The notes below the pieces were generated by a model. That model was not told where the DNA came from. It saw nothing but the letters and a program-made list of their open reading frames with translations, and ran no database searches. Position numbers and translations under genes: made by a program. DNA of 64,000 nucleotides from Chrysomallon squamiferum (lineage: Eukaryota > Animalia > Mollusca): the NCBI GenBank assembly GCA_012295275.1, contig CM022671.1:29574001-29638000 (forward strand). Reading direction: 5' to 3'. This document shows, one piece after another, positions 25,961-38,605 of the stretch; the first letter of the stretch is position 1; each line of letters opens with the position of its first letter.

Positions 25961-28639
25961 GAAAAGCAGTGCAAGGGAAACAACTCCTTTCACTACAGAA
26001 AGAACATTTTGAAACAACGATTACAACATTTATATATATATAGAAACGAACCTTTGATCAATTAGTGTGTAACGAACTTATTAGCATTCCGTGTAGCTGC
26101 AGACACTAATTTGGGTATCATCTATGTAACTCCAAACTTTGAAAACAATGTTATATTTCCTTGAGAACTAATTTTTATATCAATAACCTTTGAATTCCTT
26201 TGAATAACTTCGAATCTATGAATTGCTCTTAACTGTTTAGTGGATTGGACCTAAGTTAACTTTATACATGGTTAACAACGCCTGAAATCCGAATTGTGTA
26301 TTATTTTGTGGTGGGACGAAGTTTGATTACGTCACCGACATTATACAAGTTTTGATAGACTGAAACAAAACAACAACAACAACAAACAAAAAACAAGCAA
26401 CGAAGTATGTGCGTGCATTGCATTACTTTATTTCACTTAGCTTTGCAGTTGTTTCCTTTTAATTATTGTGGAAATTACCTAAATGATGTGACAGATTTTA
26501 AACGAGAATTTTTTATATCTTATTACTAATCATAATTATGACAAAACGTTATTGGAAAAACTTGATAAATCTTAAGAAAATCGTCTTATATATAATTATG
26601 AAATAAGAAACGAAAAATAAATATCAACATTTTATTTAAATATACACTATCAAAGTATTTCATTACATAAAATGCTTCTCTGAATTCTCGATTACGCCAA
26701 ATAATCATCTCCGATTGTCTGAACATCCGACAAAGCGATCACTGACCAATTCTTAGATTTTCATTTTATTCAGTTTACTTGTTCCCAGTATCTTTTATAC
26801 ATTTCAGGTATTACTGTTTGACACATATAAACGTATCAACACTATTCAACAATAAATGTAACAAGAATGAGTTACAAATGCATAGTTTTTATTTCTTTTA
26901 GTCTCACAAAATTCAAATAATCAAATTCTGCAATTTGCAGGATTCGCTATCCTGAGAAGAAAGTTTCATCAGTACATGATTCCTTACTGATTTTAAACAA
27001 ACATTTATGAAGTAATAAGAAAGACTCATACCAACAAAACAATGTGTACTAAAAGGCTGTAAAGAAAATCGATCAAATTCAACTGTATTTTTGTTAAGCC
27101 AGGACGGATTAGCGGCAGATACCAGTTATATGAACCCTCCCGACTAAAATAAAATAAATAAATAAAATTGATACCCTATCATCCTCTCTCATTTATGCAT
27201 CATGAAGTGTATGTATTGACATTGAAGTTAATATGTCTGCAGTCCTTGTTAAAACCTGAACTTTTTTAACATAGATGTACATGTATAAACTGGGCCACAT
27301 TCGAAAGATACAGTTTAATATTTCTGAAATGTCTACATCACATTCATAAATATTAATTAAACATAGACATTCACTAGCAGCAGTCCAATTTGTAAATATC
27401 TAGATGAATGTAGAGAGATAATCTGGTATAAAGTATTATTGTCTGATTAAATAACAGTTAAAAAAAAACATATAACTAATAATATTAAAACAATCTGTTG
27501 CAAAACGTACAAGTAAAAAGTCACGATAAAATGGAATGTTTTGGGAACGTTACTGGTTCTCCGGTGTCACGTGATTTTGTTAATGACATTACTCTCACAT
27601 TTCAGAGAAAAACTGCATACGATTTATGAAGTGATGTATGAAGTGAGATAAAAACTTTTAATGATTTAAAATATCGAAGTTTTTCATTTAATACGTTAAA
27701 ACTGCATTGATGTGTTCATATATCAGAATGTCGGTACGTGACAAAATTCACTAATACTCCGGCTGATACGAACCGGTGTTGTGGTTTGCCCGTTTTTAAC
27801 ATTTCCGGATAAAAAACCTTGTTAGCTGCTTAGAACGTGTTCTTTTGAATTTTCCCTTTTCCTGTTGTAGATATAGTTTTAGCTTTACGACGAAAATATC
27901 TTCACCAGATTATCCAGGTGTATTCCTAATTATTTCGCAAACTAGTTTTTCAATAGATCAGGTGTTTATCTTCATTTGTTCAAAATATTGTCAAAATCCG
28001 CCTTAGGACAACAGTTTCCCGAGCTTCACCAATAATCATCTGGTTTGGCGATAGTGATCGTTAAAATACGCATTCCCTTGTTTTTGGTCACTGATTAAAT
28101 ACTGATTAATTTTTTTTTTTTTTTTTTTTTGGGGGGGGGAGTTACGGGAGAGAGTCACATACATACAAAAAATATTCATTTATTTTTATCCATCTATATT
28201 TTAAACAACAATAATGTATTAGCCTTGGTCTTTCATACAACTGAACATAATTGGACAATTAGAAAAGCAGAAATAAACGAGAATATAAAGCTGTTGTTTG
28301 TATGTTTTTATAACAAAAAACAAAACGTTTTGTCTAGGCAGTTGGGGTAGTCGTTGTTTCAGCACTGTTAAGCATACTGGTGTCTGATCAATATACATCT
28401 GTATGTACTGTAAAACTGAAGTACGTTTCTAAGGTTATGATTCAGTCGAGCATGAAATGCAGATCAATACAAGATGATTAAGTGTTTGGTTTGAATTAAT
28501 GACATGAATATTACATCAAAATAAAATACTGCAGAAGCATAATATTTGTTATAATTTTAATTTTATTACGTTTAGTGTAGTTTTCCTATTTCCTACTTGA
28601 TAATTTATGTAATAATGATACATTATTCAGTATAATTAT

Positions 28640-28682
<43 letters not shown>

Positions 28683-29065
28683 AGCGTGACAGAGAGAGAG
28701 AAGTCTCACTTTAATTATATGTATGATTAAGGACACGTTAATTATTATTTTCTAAATATTATACATGTAAGTTACTACATACACTTCATCGTACTTTAAC
28801 ACTTTTATATTAATATTTTTCCTTTTTCATTGCTTACATATATGTTTGTGTGTGTGCGTGTGTGTGCGTGTGTAAAAATATCAAACATTTTATTTCACCA
28901 GTGAGAAAAAGATGTAAAATTGTTTCGTGTGTTGTTGTACTATGTATAATAATTACTTTAGCTGATGCATCGCCATAGAGTATATAGATTGTGTAACACA
29001 TTGTTGTATATCACTGTCATACTATATAAGTTTGATATATCACAGTTATATCTCAATCTTATTTA

Positions 29066-29110
<45 letters not shown>

Positions 29111-30334
29111 TATTCTGTCTGTTTTATTGCAACTTTTATATTTATCATTAAATACAATGTACATTATTTTATTTTATTTTATTTATTATTATTATTTTTT
29201 AAATTCCAATTATACTATTATATATATAATGTATATATAATTTTACTTTTAATTTCATTTCATTTTTATAGAAGTTTTATTATTTTTATATATTACACCT
29301 TGTTTTTGTGATATTAATTTTTCTTATTACTTCAGAATATATAGTCAACATCAGAAAGAAATCATATATTTTTTTTTTTTTAAATTTCAGAATGCTTAAA
29401 TCTACAAAGATTTTACCAATCAGAATTTGTTTATATGAATTTTAGGAGACAAAAAGAAATAAATATTATGCATTTTAAATCAAATTACCTTTGTTGTTCA
29501 ATGCTTTTAGTACATATTCGTGTTTGTGACAGTAATATCAGAAATGTAGAAGATAGTTATTATATTTTATTGCATTAATTAATTAATGTTGATATTTGAC
29601 ATATTGATGCGCCTGCTAGTGTGTGTGTGTGTGTGTGTGTGTGTCTGTGTACGTGTGCATGTGTACATACATGTACAAGTATAGAAGTAAAATATTCCTT
29701 ATCACCGTTTTGGGGAAGCAGGCTTTTCGGACGTTCTGTGACAGGAATTAAAAATCACAAATTTAAAGAGTGAACTATTATTGTGAAGGCATACTACTAT
29801 ACTATCCACTATGATTATTATTATTACGATCACAAACGGAACAAAGATATATATGGATGTAATTCGATCGTGCACATTAGCTAATAGTAATTGTATTATT
29901 TATTACAAATTTATAAACACATGTACCTGCTAGGAATGCCAAGGTAAATGGATTATTGCACAAACGATGAATACATTATATCATCTAATTCATTTGAATC
30001 CAGGATCAATCACGGAAGAATCAAAATAATTAGGTTAGTATTAATTTTAAGCTGCGTTAACTATTATAAATACGTTTTTAATAACACAGATTATACTGGA
30101 TAATAGTCACACATATGAGAAAAGTATGTTACCAAATTTTTCTCACATCAAGACCAATGTTCCAAGAATTCTGTCACAGAAAGAACGGCGGTTCACACTG
30201 ACACGTGTTGTCCTCAAAGTGTGGTCTCGCGGACGTCAACGAAGACTGTGGAATCGGACAACAAGCTGGATGTTGCTGCTTGAAGACATGTTAATATTTC
30301 AAACGAAACTCGCCATAAATCGGACGACGCTAAT

Positions 30335-30587
30335 AGGTGGCGTTCAGAGGCGGGGGGCCGAAGGGGCGGTGTCCTCGGGCACCCAAATGGTTGGGCATCC
30401 AATCAGAGAAAAGAACTTAATAAATTTGGTTGATTTATATTTAAATCGAATAAAGTGTTTATTTTATGTTTCATCTGTGTTTATATATTCAAAGTATCTT
30501 CCTTTGTCAGAATATTTCTCAGTACTAGGCCTGATACTCGAGTCAAGGAGTTGGCCCCGGGCATCACCAGACCTCTGCACGCCACTT
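30335..30587. mobile_element. Non-autonomous hAT-type MITE, 253 bp
   Basis: TIRs AGGTGGCGTTCAGAGG and CCTCTGCACGCCACTT (14/16 complementary); perfect 8-bp TSD ACGCTAAT at 30327-30334 and 30588-30595; GC-rich ends with an AT-rich centre. Confidence 0.9.
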
Positions 30588-30764
30588 ACGCTAATTAATC
30601 TATGTCATGAATGTAACGACTGTTTTTAATTGCTTGTCATTGCATATTTTCACGTGTCATTGTATATTAAACAGAACTGTAATTAATTACTTATATGTGA
30701 ATTTAAGAACAGTTTATTTAATTAATATTACTATTAAATACATTTCTTAAGGACAGGCTGCCAG

Positions 30765-31349
30765 ATCAGTTCTTTTCTGTGTACTAATGTGCTATTTCTG
30801 AATGGTTAAACAGCAGAACAGAGGCTCACTAGCTCCTGATTGGTACGTGACATTACTGTTGATCAATCAATCAAATAGAAACATGGATTCAGTATTTTGT
30901 TAAACTCGTTTCCCAGTGTCTCTTCTACATCTCACTGATATTACTGCAGGGAAAATTCCCTCTCTTTACTGATGTGTTATTTCTGAGTGATTTACAACTT
31001 TTTGGTTAAAATTTAAACTTCTCTTCTACTTGTTACTGATATTACTCTTAAAACATTCAACAAGACTTTAAAATGCTTCGTTTTTATTTTTTTTTGTCTC
31101 ACAAAAGTCACAATAACTAATTCTCTATATTAACATCTCATTGTGATTTGCAGCATTCACTACCCTGAAAAGAATGTTCAAGAAGTACGTGATTGCTTAC
31201 TAACATTAAATATATATATTGCAAGGTAATAATACCAACATAAAATGAGTAATATAAACATATATAATAGATGACGATTAAAATCTACACACAACAGATT
31301 TTATTTAGTTAGTCAAATTACTACTGAATGATGATAAAAATAGTAAAAA

Positions 31350-31380
<31 letters not shown>

Positions 31381-31808
31381 TATTAATAATATTAATAACC
31401 TAATTGTTTTAAAAGCTATTTGTTCATGCTTTTGTTGTAATATGTCTATGATGCATCAGCTAGGCTTGTGCTACCAGCCAGGCATGTGTAAATTTGACAG
31501 TTTCTATGGTGAAGAACTAATGTTTTAACTTTGCTGTTTTACAATCCAGCACTCAGTGCCACATGAAGCATAGATAACTCAGTCTTTTACATACAAATAC
31601 ATGCAACTTGATCTACAATATCATCATGTACAAACAAGACATTTAATCTCAGTTGTACTTGTGTGTACATGTTTGTAGTTCTGTGTGTGTGTGTGTGTGT
31701 GTATGTATATATGTGTGTATATGTACACACACAAACACACAAATACATACAGAACAACACAAGTAATTGAGATTAATTTTTAGAAACACAAACCTGTATG
31801 TGTGTATG

Positions 31809-31840
<32 letters not shown>

Positions 31841-32312
31841 TATTCAGCTTTGTGTTTCTGTGTATGTAAGTACATATATGTGTTTGTATGTCTGTGTGCA
31901 TGTCTGTATGTGTACTTATTAATATCCATGAATAAGACTGAAAGTACGCTTGTCTATGTATACTAGTACAGTTGGGTACAATTTTCACAACATTTATTCA
32001 ACATTTTTCTGGAGATTGATCTGGTGAGCTATCACTTCTCAGATCTGCTATTTAACCAAAGAGCTGCAACCCTCCCAGAAATAGCACATCAGTAAACAGA
32101 GGGAGAATTTTCCCTGCAGTAATGTCAGTAATATAGAGAAGAGATATGGGAAACAAGCTAAATAAAATATTGAATCCATGTTTCCATTTGATTAATTGAT
32201 CAGAAATAACATCAAGTACCAAACAGGAGCAAGTGAGCCTCATGTCTGCTATTTCAGCAAAGGGCCACAACTCATTCAGAAATAACACACCAGGACACAG
32301 AGGAGGTCTGAT
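30765..32312. repeat. Long inverted repeat: arms ~30765-31010 and ~32051-32312, ~1-kb spacer
   Basis: Collinear complementary blocks, e.g. ATTACTGCAGGGAAAATTC / GAATTTTCCCTGCAGTAAT, GAAACATGGATTCA / TGAATCCATGTTTC, GAGGCTCACT / AGTGAGCCTC. Confidence 0.9.
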
Positions 32313-33084
32313 GAAGCCATTTAATTACTATTGTTACCTTATTCCATATTATCATATTTATTTATTATTAATATATATTTTATCATCAGCAATTATTATA
32401 AGTAAAATTAATTAAAATAACACATTTCATCAGTAAAAATTTAATTTTAATCAATGCATGATTTAAAGGAATGAAACAAGTTTAACATGAACATTTAAAA
32501 AAAAAAAAAAAAAAAAGAAGAAGCATGCACAATATGAAATGGATATGTTGACAGAATCGTAGGATTTTAGTTTTCTGTTGAGTAAACACTGGATTAAAAA
32601 TAAATATACTGGAAATTAATCTCTCAAATTAAACACCAATGTTTTTCACTTGCATGCAAACCAAGCTGAGTTTTTCTGTAACTGGACAGATTTTATTTGG
32701 ATTCAGATTTATACAACACATTTTGTTTTTTGTTTGAGAAAGTTACTTCAGACTATACTTAAATTTAACTTTGACATTCATCATCATTTGTGATATAAAT
32801 GAAGTAGAAAACATTTACTATTTTAAAGATATTTTTTTTTTATATATATATATACATAGTAATAAAGTCAACAAAAAAAAAAAAAAAAAATAATAATAAT
32901 AATAATAATAAAATAAAAGGAAAGAATCTATGTGATATTAAACTTTTGTTCCACTTTAATAAAATATGATAAAATAATCACAATCTTTTTATTTTCATCT
33001 TGAAACAAAGCTTTAACAGATTGTTCCTTTTGTCTATAAAACACAAATCTTCATTGGTTTACTTCCAACTAGTTTATCGAGACT

Positions 33085-33350
33085 ATTTATCTAACACAAA
33101 CTTTATTCATATTATTTATCTAACACAAACTTTATTCATATTATTTATCTAAGAGAAACCTTAGCCACGTTATTTACATAACATAAACTGTATCCATGTT
33201 ATTTATATAACAAACATTATCTGTGTTATGTATGTGACATATTCATGTTATTTATCTAACATATCCACATATAAATTTTATCCATGTTATTTACATAAGA
33301 TGTCCCACATCATATATCAAGGATAACAAACTATATCCATGTTATTTATC
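33085..33350. repeat. Minisatellite, ~29-bp unit TTATTTATCTAACACAAACTTTATTCATA, decaying rightward
   Basis: Two near-perfect copies at 33085-33150, followed by several degenerate ones. Confidence 0.85.
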
Positions 33351-34160
33351 AAACAGTAAAGTTAAGAAACATTTCTTTGCAACTGTTAGCAATATTAAAT
33401 AGATACATTGTGACTAACCAACCACAGAATTATTATTACTGACAACCATTACCTAATGGAAACAAGCTGATGTATGTCAATGATAGTTAGAATATACTGG
33501 AATAAAGCAGATAAACTTATTTATTTGGTACTTGTGTGGGTTTTTTCTCCAGTAAAATACATAAACTTCTTTCTTACTTTTTTTTTTACGACCAGGCTAA
33601 GATTGATTAATGTCATAAAAACAACATTTGAACAGACAGATCTGTCTAAAATAAATGAATGTCTGGATCAGCTAACACATGATTTGTTTCCATAACAACA
33701 AAGATTAGGTAACTATTATAACACACATTTAGACATGTACACTCTTAAACACCTGAAATTACTAAAGGATTACTTTGTAGATGTATATTCCTCCAAGACA
33801 ATATGAAAAAGTCTTACATCACATTTCCCACAAATTCTATCCATTGATATTTTGCAACAGCATGGAATGGATGAGATTAAACAACAGAACTGTTCATCAT
33901 TCTATGAATATTTATGATGCATTGAATTGTGGGATTTTAGGAAAAAAGGGACTGGGGAATTGTGGAACGCATGAAACTGAAGAGAAACAGAATTCTGGGA
34001 TTTAATATTTGGGGCTGCAAGGCTTTTTGGGATTGGGCAAGTGTGGAATTCTGGGAGAGGCATGTTACTGATGAAGAACAGAATTCTGGACTCTGAGAAT
34101 TGCAGCTGAAAGGCATTATGGGACTGGGGAAGCATATATATTATAAAGCTTATTAAAATG

Positions 34161-34229
34161 TCATTCTTGAGCTTGCAGGAAAAGATCTTCTGCTTCTGCT
34201 ATAACAGCATCAGTATTGGCAAGTTTAAC
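34161..34229 (-). CDS. MORN3: MORN3 exon 5 (VKLANTDAVIAEAEDLFLQAQE*)
   Basis: TTTCAG acceptor, phase 0, TGA at 34163-34161; aligns to the MORN3 C-terminus VKILDPDGVLAEA. Confidence 0.88.
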   Translation of the reverse strand, partial: VKLANTDAVIAEAEDLFLQAQE

Positions 34230-34244
34230 CTGAAAGGAGAAAAC

Positions 34245-34277
<33 letters not shown>

Positions 34278-34802
34278 CCAGACTGATTGCACAACAGAAA
34301 TCTATCTTTCATCTGTCAAAGAAAAGAAAAGTGAACATCAGCTTTTTAATCAATCAATCTACACACACTTCTGTGTGTTCTATAAGTCAAATTAAATTTT
34401 AATTTGTGGTTGTGTTCATCAAAGCAGTTTATTTCCTTTGTTCTAGATAAAGATCTGATTGACTTCTGCTTAAGGAATTTAAACAGTACGTGTGTATATA
34501 TATATATATATATATATTAACATAGTTTTAAAAGGATTTTATATCTTATCAAATCAAATTTTATTCCAAAACCAAATTTACATTTTAAAAAGCCTTTTAT
34601 TTAAAAAAAAAAAAATAATAAAGTAAATAAATACACAAATAAATAGTAATAATAATAAGAAGAAGAAGAAGAAGAATGATGACAATAACAACAGTAATAG
34701 TAATAGCAAATATACTTTTTTATCTCTGCTAATGTAAACCATATTAAAGTTTATTTTACCAGTCTGACTATATTAAAATATTAACACACAGATCATACAC
34801 AC

Positions 34803-34987
34803 CTGAGGTATGGGATACACTGTTGGATCTGCGGCTGTTTCTCTGTTGAAATCTGACATGGTTCCACACTTAGCTGTGTCATCTACCCACACACCTTCAA
34901 ACACCTGCCCAGTATCCAGGTAATAATATTTACCTGGGCCGTTCTTCTTACCGTTTCTCCAGGAGCCTTCGTATCTGTTTTCATTAA
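34803..34987 (-). CDS. MORN3: MORN3 exon 4 (NENRYEGSWRNGKKNGPGKYYYLDTGQVFEGVWVDDTAKCGTMSDFNRETAADPTVYPIPQ)
   Basis: CAG acceptor and GTGTGT donor; MORN repeats and the AKCGTM motif. Confidence 0.93.
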
Positions 34988-35240
34988 CTGTTGTGAAAAA
35001 GAGTAAAAATTAGTAAAAATTATACGTACACATATTTTCACTCTTTTTAAAAACAAAATGTATACACACACACACAAGAATTTAAATAACTGATATGGTG
35101 TGTGCTAATGAAAGTGAATTTTAAAAAACATAATAATAATAAAATTCCACAAATCTTTGATTATTAGTTTATTAAGTATTTTGCTGCAAAAAGGGAGATA
35201 ATGCAGCCTAAAATAATGTCATAAAATATAATTCACTTAC

Positions 35241-35400
35241 TTAGCCTGAACATTCCCTGACCACTGCGTAGGTCATCGAACCACTCGCCCTCGTAGATTG
35301 TTCCATCTGCATAATACATCCGTCCCCAGCCACTGCGTTTGTCTGCGTACCACTCCCCCTCATAGTATTCCTCTTCTGAGTAGAACTGAGTGCCATAGCC
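35241..35400 (-). CDS. MORN3: MORN3 exon 3 (GYGTQFYSEEEYYEGEWYADKRSGWGRMYYADGTIYEGEWFDDLRSGQGMFRL)
   Basis: TAG acceptor and GTAAGT donor; YEGEW...G.G MORN repeats. Confidence 0.94.
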
Positions 35401-36373
35401 CTACATGTGTATTTTTTTTAAAATAAATAAAACAGTTGTTATTCTGATGTTTGAAATAAAAACAAAAAAAATCAGATGTCAGTTTAGGATGAAATTTTAT
35501 TTAATAAAAAACCATCCCTAAAAGCACCACCCATTCCCACCCTGCAAAGAAAGAAGTGTCGTTTGAGAGTTTGAAATAATAGATTGTGGGTCTCTTAAAT
35601 AAAGCTGATTACTCAAACCTGAATTTTTTTTTTTTAAACAACAGTAACAGTCATTGTTCTAGAGTTTGAAATAACAGATCACAAATATTATAAATGAAGG
35701 CAAATGCCTTACAATGATATTTAAACTTAAATTAAAAAAAAAAAAATGATAATAATAATTATCTACAGACATACTATAGTAAGACAATTTATTGTAACAG
35801 TTCTCTAGATTCCAGTGTCAAGTTATTATCCCTTGAATTCACCAAGAATAATTTAAGCTACTACATAAAAAATTTAATAAAGCAATTAATACTTACCTAC
35901 AAAACACATTCTGAATAATAATTTCTTTAAGTGTTCAACTCACACACAAAAGCAAATAGAAATTCAGGCTTTGCACTCTTTACAAATTACAAGCATACTT
36001 GCATTTGATGTCAGATTATGCAGCCTTGAACTATACACATACCCCAGTTGTAGAGAGACATCAATTACAAACACTGACACAGAAATTATTCACTTAACTT
36101 GCCAAGACTCAAAGTCATTTTACTTTAGATGTTTCTCAGGTGACCATAAATCAATAAAACTTAAATTAAATCCATAAAACAACAGTATTTCTTTCTTTCT
36201 TTCTGTATCTGCAATCTATATGTTAATGGTAGATCTAATTCATGTGCTCTCCCCCCCACCTCCTGCATGAGCTGAAGTGAAAGTGTTGAATAAAGTAAAA
36301 CCAAGAAATGCCATTCTTACAGTTTCACTGGAAGTCTCCTCGGAAATACTTTGTCTAGAAAAGTTAAACTTAC

Positions 36374-36527
36374 ATGTCTTTTATCATTCTTCCAACCTCC
36401 TGAATATCCTTTCTTGTATCCTCCCTTCCCATCAGGCAAGCTGTATGTTCCAAATCCATTCCTCTTTCCCTTTTCCAGTCACCATCGTATATAGCCCCGC
36501 TAGCTCTCCATTTGTAGGTACCTTTGC
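36374..36527 (-). CDS. MORN3: MORN3 exon 2, with an apparent 1-nt deletion at ~36468-36474
   Basis: GKGTYKWRASGAIYDGDWK in one frame, then GKRNGFGTYSLPDGKGGYKKGYSGGWKNDKRH in the -1 frame. The exon is 154 nt; 155 nt are needed to join phase 1 to phase 0. Confidence 0.9.
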
Positions 36528-37494
36528 CTGTTAGGTGTAAGACAAATAATAATAACAACAACTACTACAATAATAATAATAATAATAATAATAAACATTA
36601 ATAATAACAACAACACCAATAATAATTATTATTATTTGTATTATTGTTTTTATTACTATTCTTATTATTTATGCTATCTACATCATTGTTGTTGTGATTA
36701 TTATTATTTATACAATTTATATTATTAGTATTATTATTATTACTATGACTATTAATGTTTATATTATTATCAAATCGTTCGAGTAGTGTGAATTTCGTAT
36801 GTTTGTTTTATCATACATGCAGTTATCATTAATACTTTTATATAATATAAAAACACCATTTTAATGGATGGATTATAAGAATTAGACATACCTAACCACT
36901 CAGAAATGATATAGAAAAATCATATTTTTAATATTTTTAGTCAAAGGAAAGTGTTTCCATAACTGTAGGCTATTAATAACAAAAATTTAATAATGCACAG
37001 GTAGCTAATTATTAATGTCTAATCAGAAGCTGGTAAATCAAAATCTCCTATTTATTCTTTATAGCCTTGGACCATTAGACAAACGGGTACATTTATAAAG
37101 AAAGCAGTCATCATCATGAACTCAGTAGCTGAAAATAGGGAACCCATGACAACAATTCTGTGCATATATATTTAAGATTTTTGTTAAAATAGTCCAAATC
37201 ATATTTAAAGAAATAATGCTGAAGGAAAATTGAAAGTCAGATATATTATTATTATTATTATTTATTAATTAATCAAACTTATAAAAATTATAATAATTTC
37301 TTTCAAGGAAATTACCGATAATATAAGTCAAGTATAACAGTTCATTACTTGATAATAAAAATAATAAAAATGATACACATTATTATTACGTTGATCATTA
37401 GCGTGCTATACTTAATTATTTGTTTGTGAGCTTTTTTCTTTAGTCTTGTAATACTTTTAATAAAAAGTAATTTATAATGTTACAGTTTACTAAC

Positions 37495-37639
37495 CGTGTT
37501 TCAAATTGTTTAGCCATTCTCCTGTATATTCATCACCATTTACTGAATACACTGTGTGCCGTATGCCTCGTTTTTGCGCCAAATAATCCCATTCTTTCCA
37601 CGGTGGTTCGTGGAGTTTGGGCTTTTTAAGATGAGGCAT
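37495..37639 (-). CDS. MORN3: MORN3 exon 1 (MPHLKKPKLHEPPWKEWDYLAQKRGIRHTVYSVNGDEYTGEWLNNLKH)
   Basis: ATG at 37639, donor G|GTTAGT; matches the MORN3 N-terminus WKxWDxxAQxxG.R..VY.VNGD.Y.GEW. Confidence 0.93.
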
Positions 37640-37726
37640 GCTATGGCCACTTGGAACACCCGATAAAAATCAAAAATATACTACACTAAATCATTTCAAT
37701 AGCATACTGAAAGCAATGATTTACTG

Positions 37727-37755
37727 GTTGCTAGGTGTTAAAAATAACAGCAACA
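37727..37755 (-). promoter_or_regulatory. RFX X-box half-sites upstream of MORN3
   Basis: CCTAGCAAC on the minus strand at 37735-37727 and AGCAAC at ~37749, about 90-110 bp from the ATG; consistent with a ciliary/flagellar gene. Confidence 0.4.
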
Positions 37756-38559
37756 TGGGAGGTAACTCTAGGAAGGCTAACATGGGTTGTGTCAAAAGTG
37801 TGATTTAAAAAACAGACACAAAATTGTTTTAATGATAATAATTATTATAATTTGGTTTTTAATCGGGATATTTGAACATAAGCTCTAAAAATAAACTTAA
37901 TAAACACTTCTAAAAAGTAAAAATACATTATCTAAATGAGTTTGTAAAATATGCATGCTCTTATGAAAAACGCTGCAAGAAAAACAAATTAAAAATAGAA
38001 AAAGAAGTAAAATAATGATGTAATTGATAACGTCACAGATATCCATAGATACAGTAAACACACTATTCAGTAGATTTAAGATGTATCGTGTAAAACTGAC
38101 TCCTATCGTTATGGTTCAGTCGAAATAGTGGATGCATTCCTCAATTCATTCTATGCATGGTAGACTGAGTTAAATGTGGGTGACGTAAATGCACGATCAA
38201 ATTACACCCATATATTTTTTTGTTCCTTTTATGAACATAATAAGAATAAGAATAAGAATAAGAATATTATTATTATTATTAAATATAAACATTTTATAAA
38301 GTTTCTAGTTAATCAACAATTAGACATCATCTCTTTCTCTACATTGTAAAATTTCGGACTTTGAAAGTGCTATTTTATTCTTGTGCATTACGTTTTTTCT
38401 TCTTATTATTATTATTTTTTTTTTTAACATTTAATTATTTCATATTACAGTATTATAATTACAGTGTCACACTATTAAAATATTATCATTTTAAAACATT
38501 TGCTTTTAATCAGACTTTGGGCGTAAATGGACACGCCTTTATTCGAAATGGAGTTCTTG

Positions 38560-38605
<46 letters not shown>

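Noticed and set aside
30126-30629. 167-aa ORF as a protein-coding gene
   Set aside because: It runs through a MITE with TIRs and TSD; no recognisable domain.
33085-33350. CRISPR-like array
   Set aside because: Repeats are contiguous and decaying with no unique spacers, no cas genes, and the context is eukaryotic.
36461-36480. Programmed -1 ribosomal frameshift in MORN3
   Set aside because: The A/G runs do not form an X-XXY-YYZ heptamer in the required frame, and known homologues are continuous ORFs.
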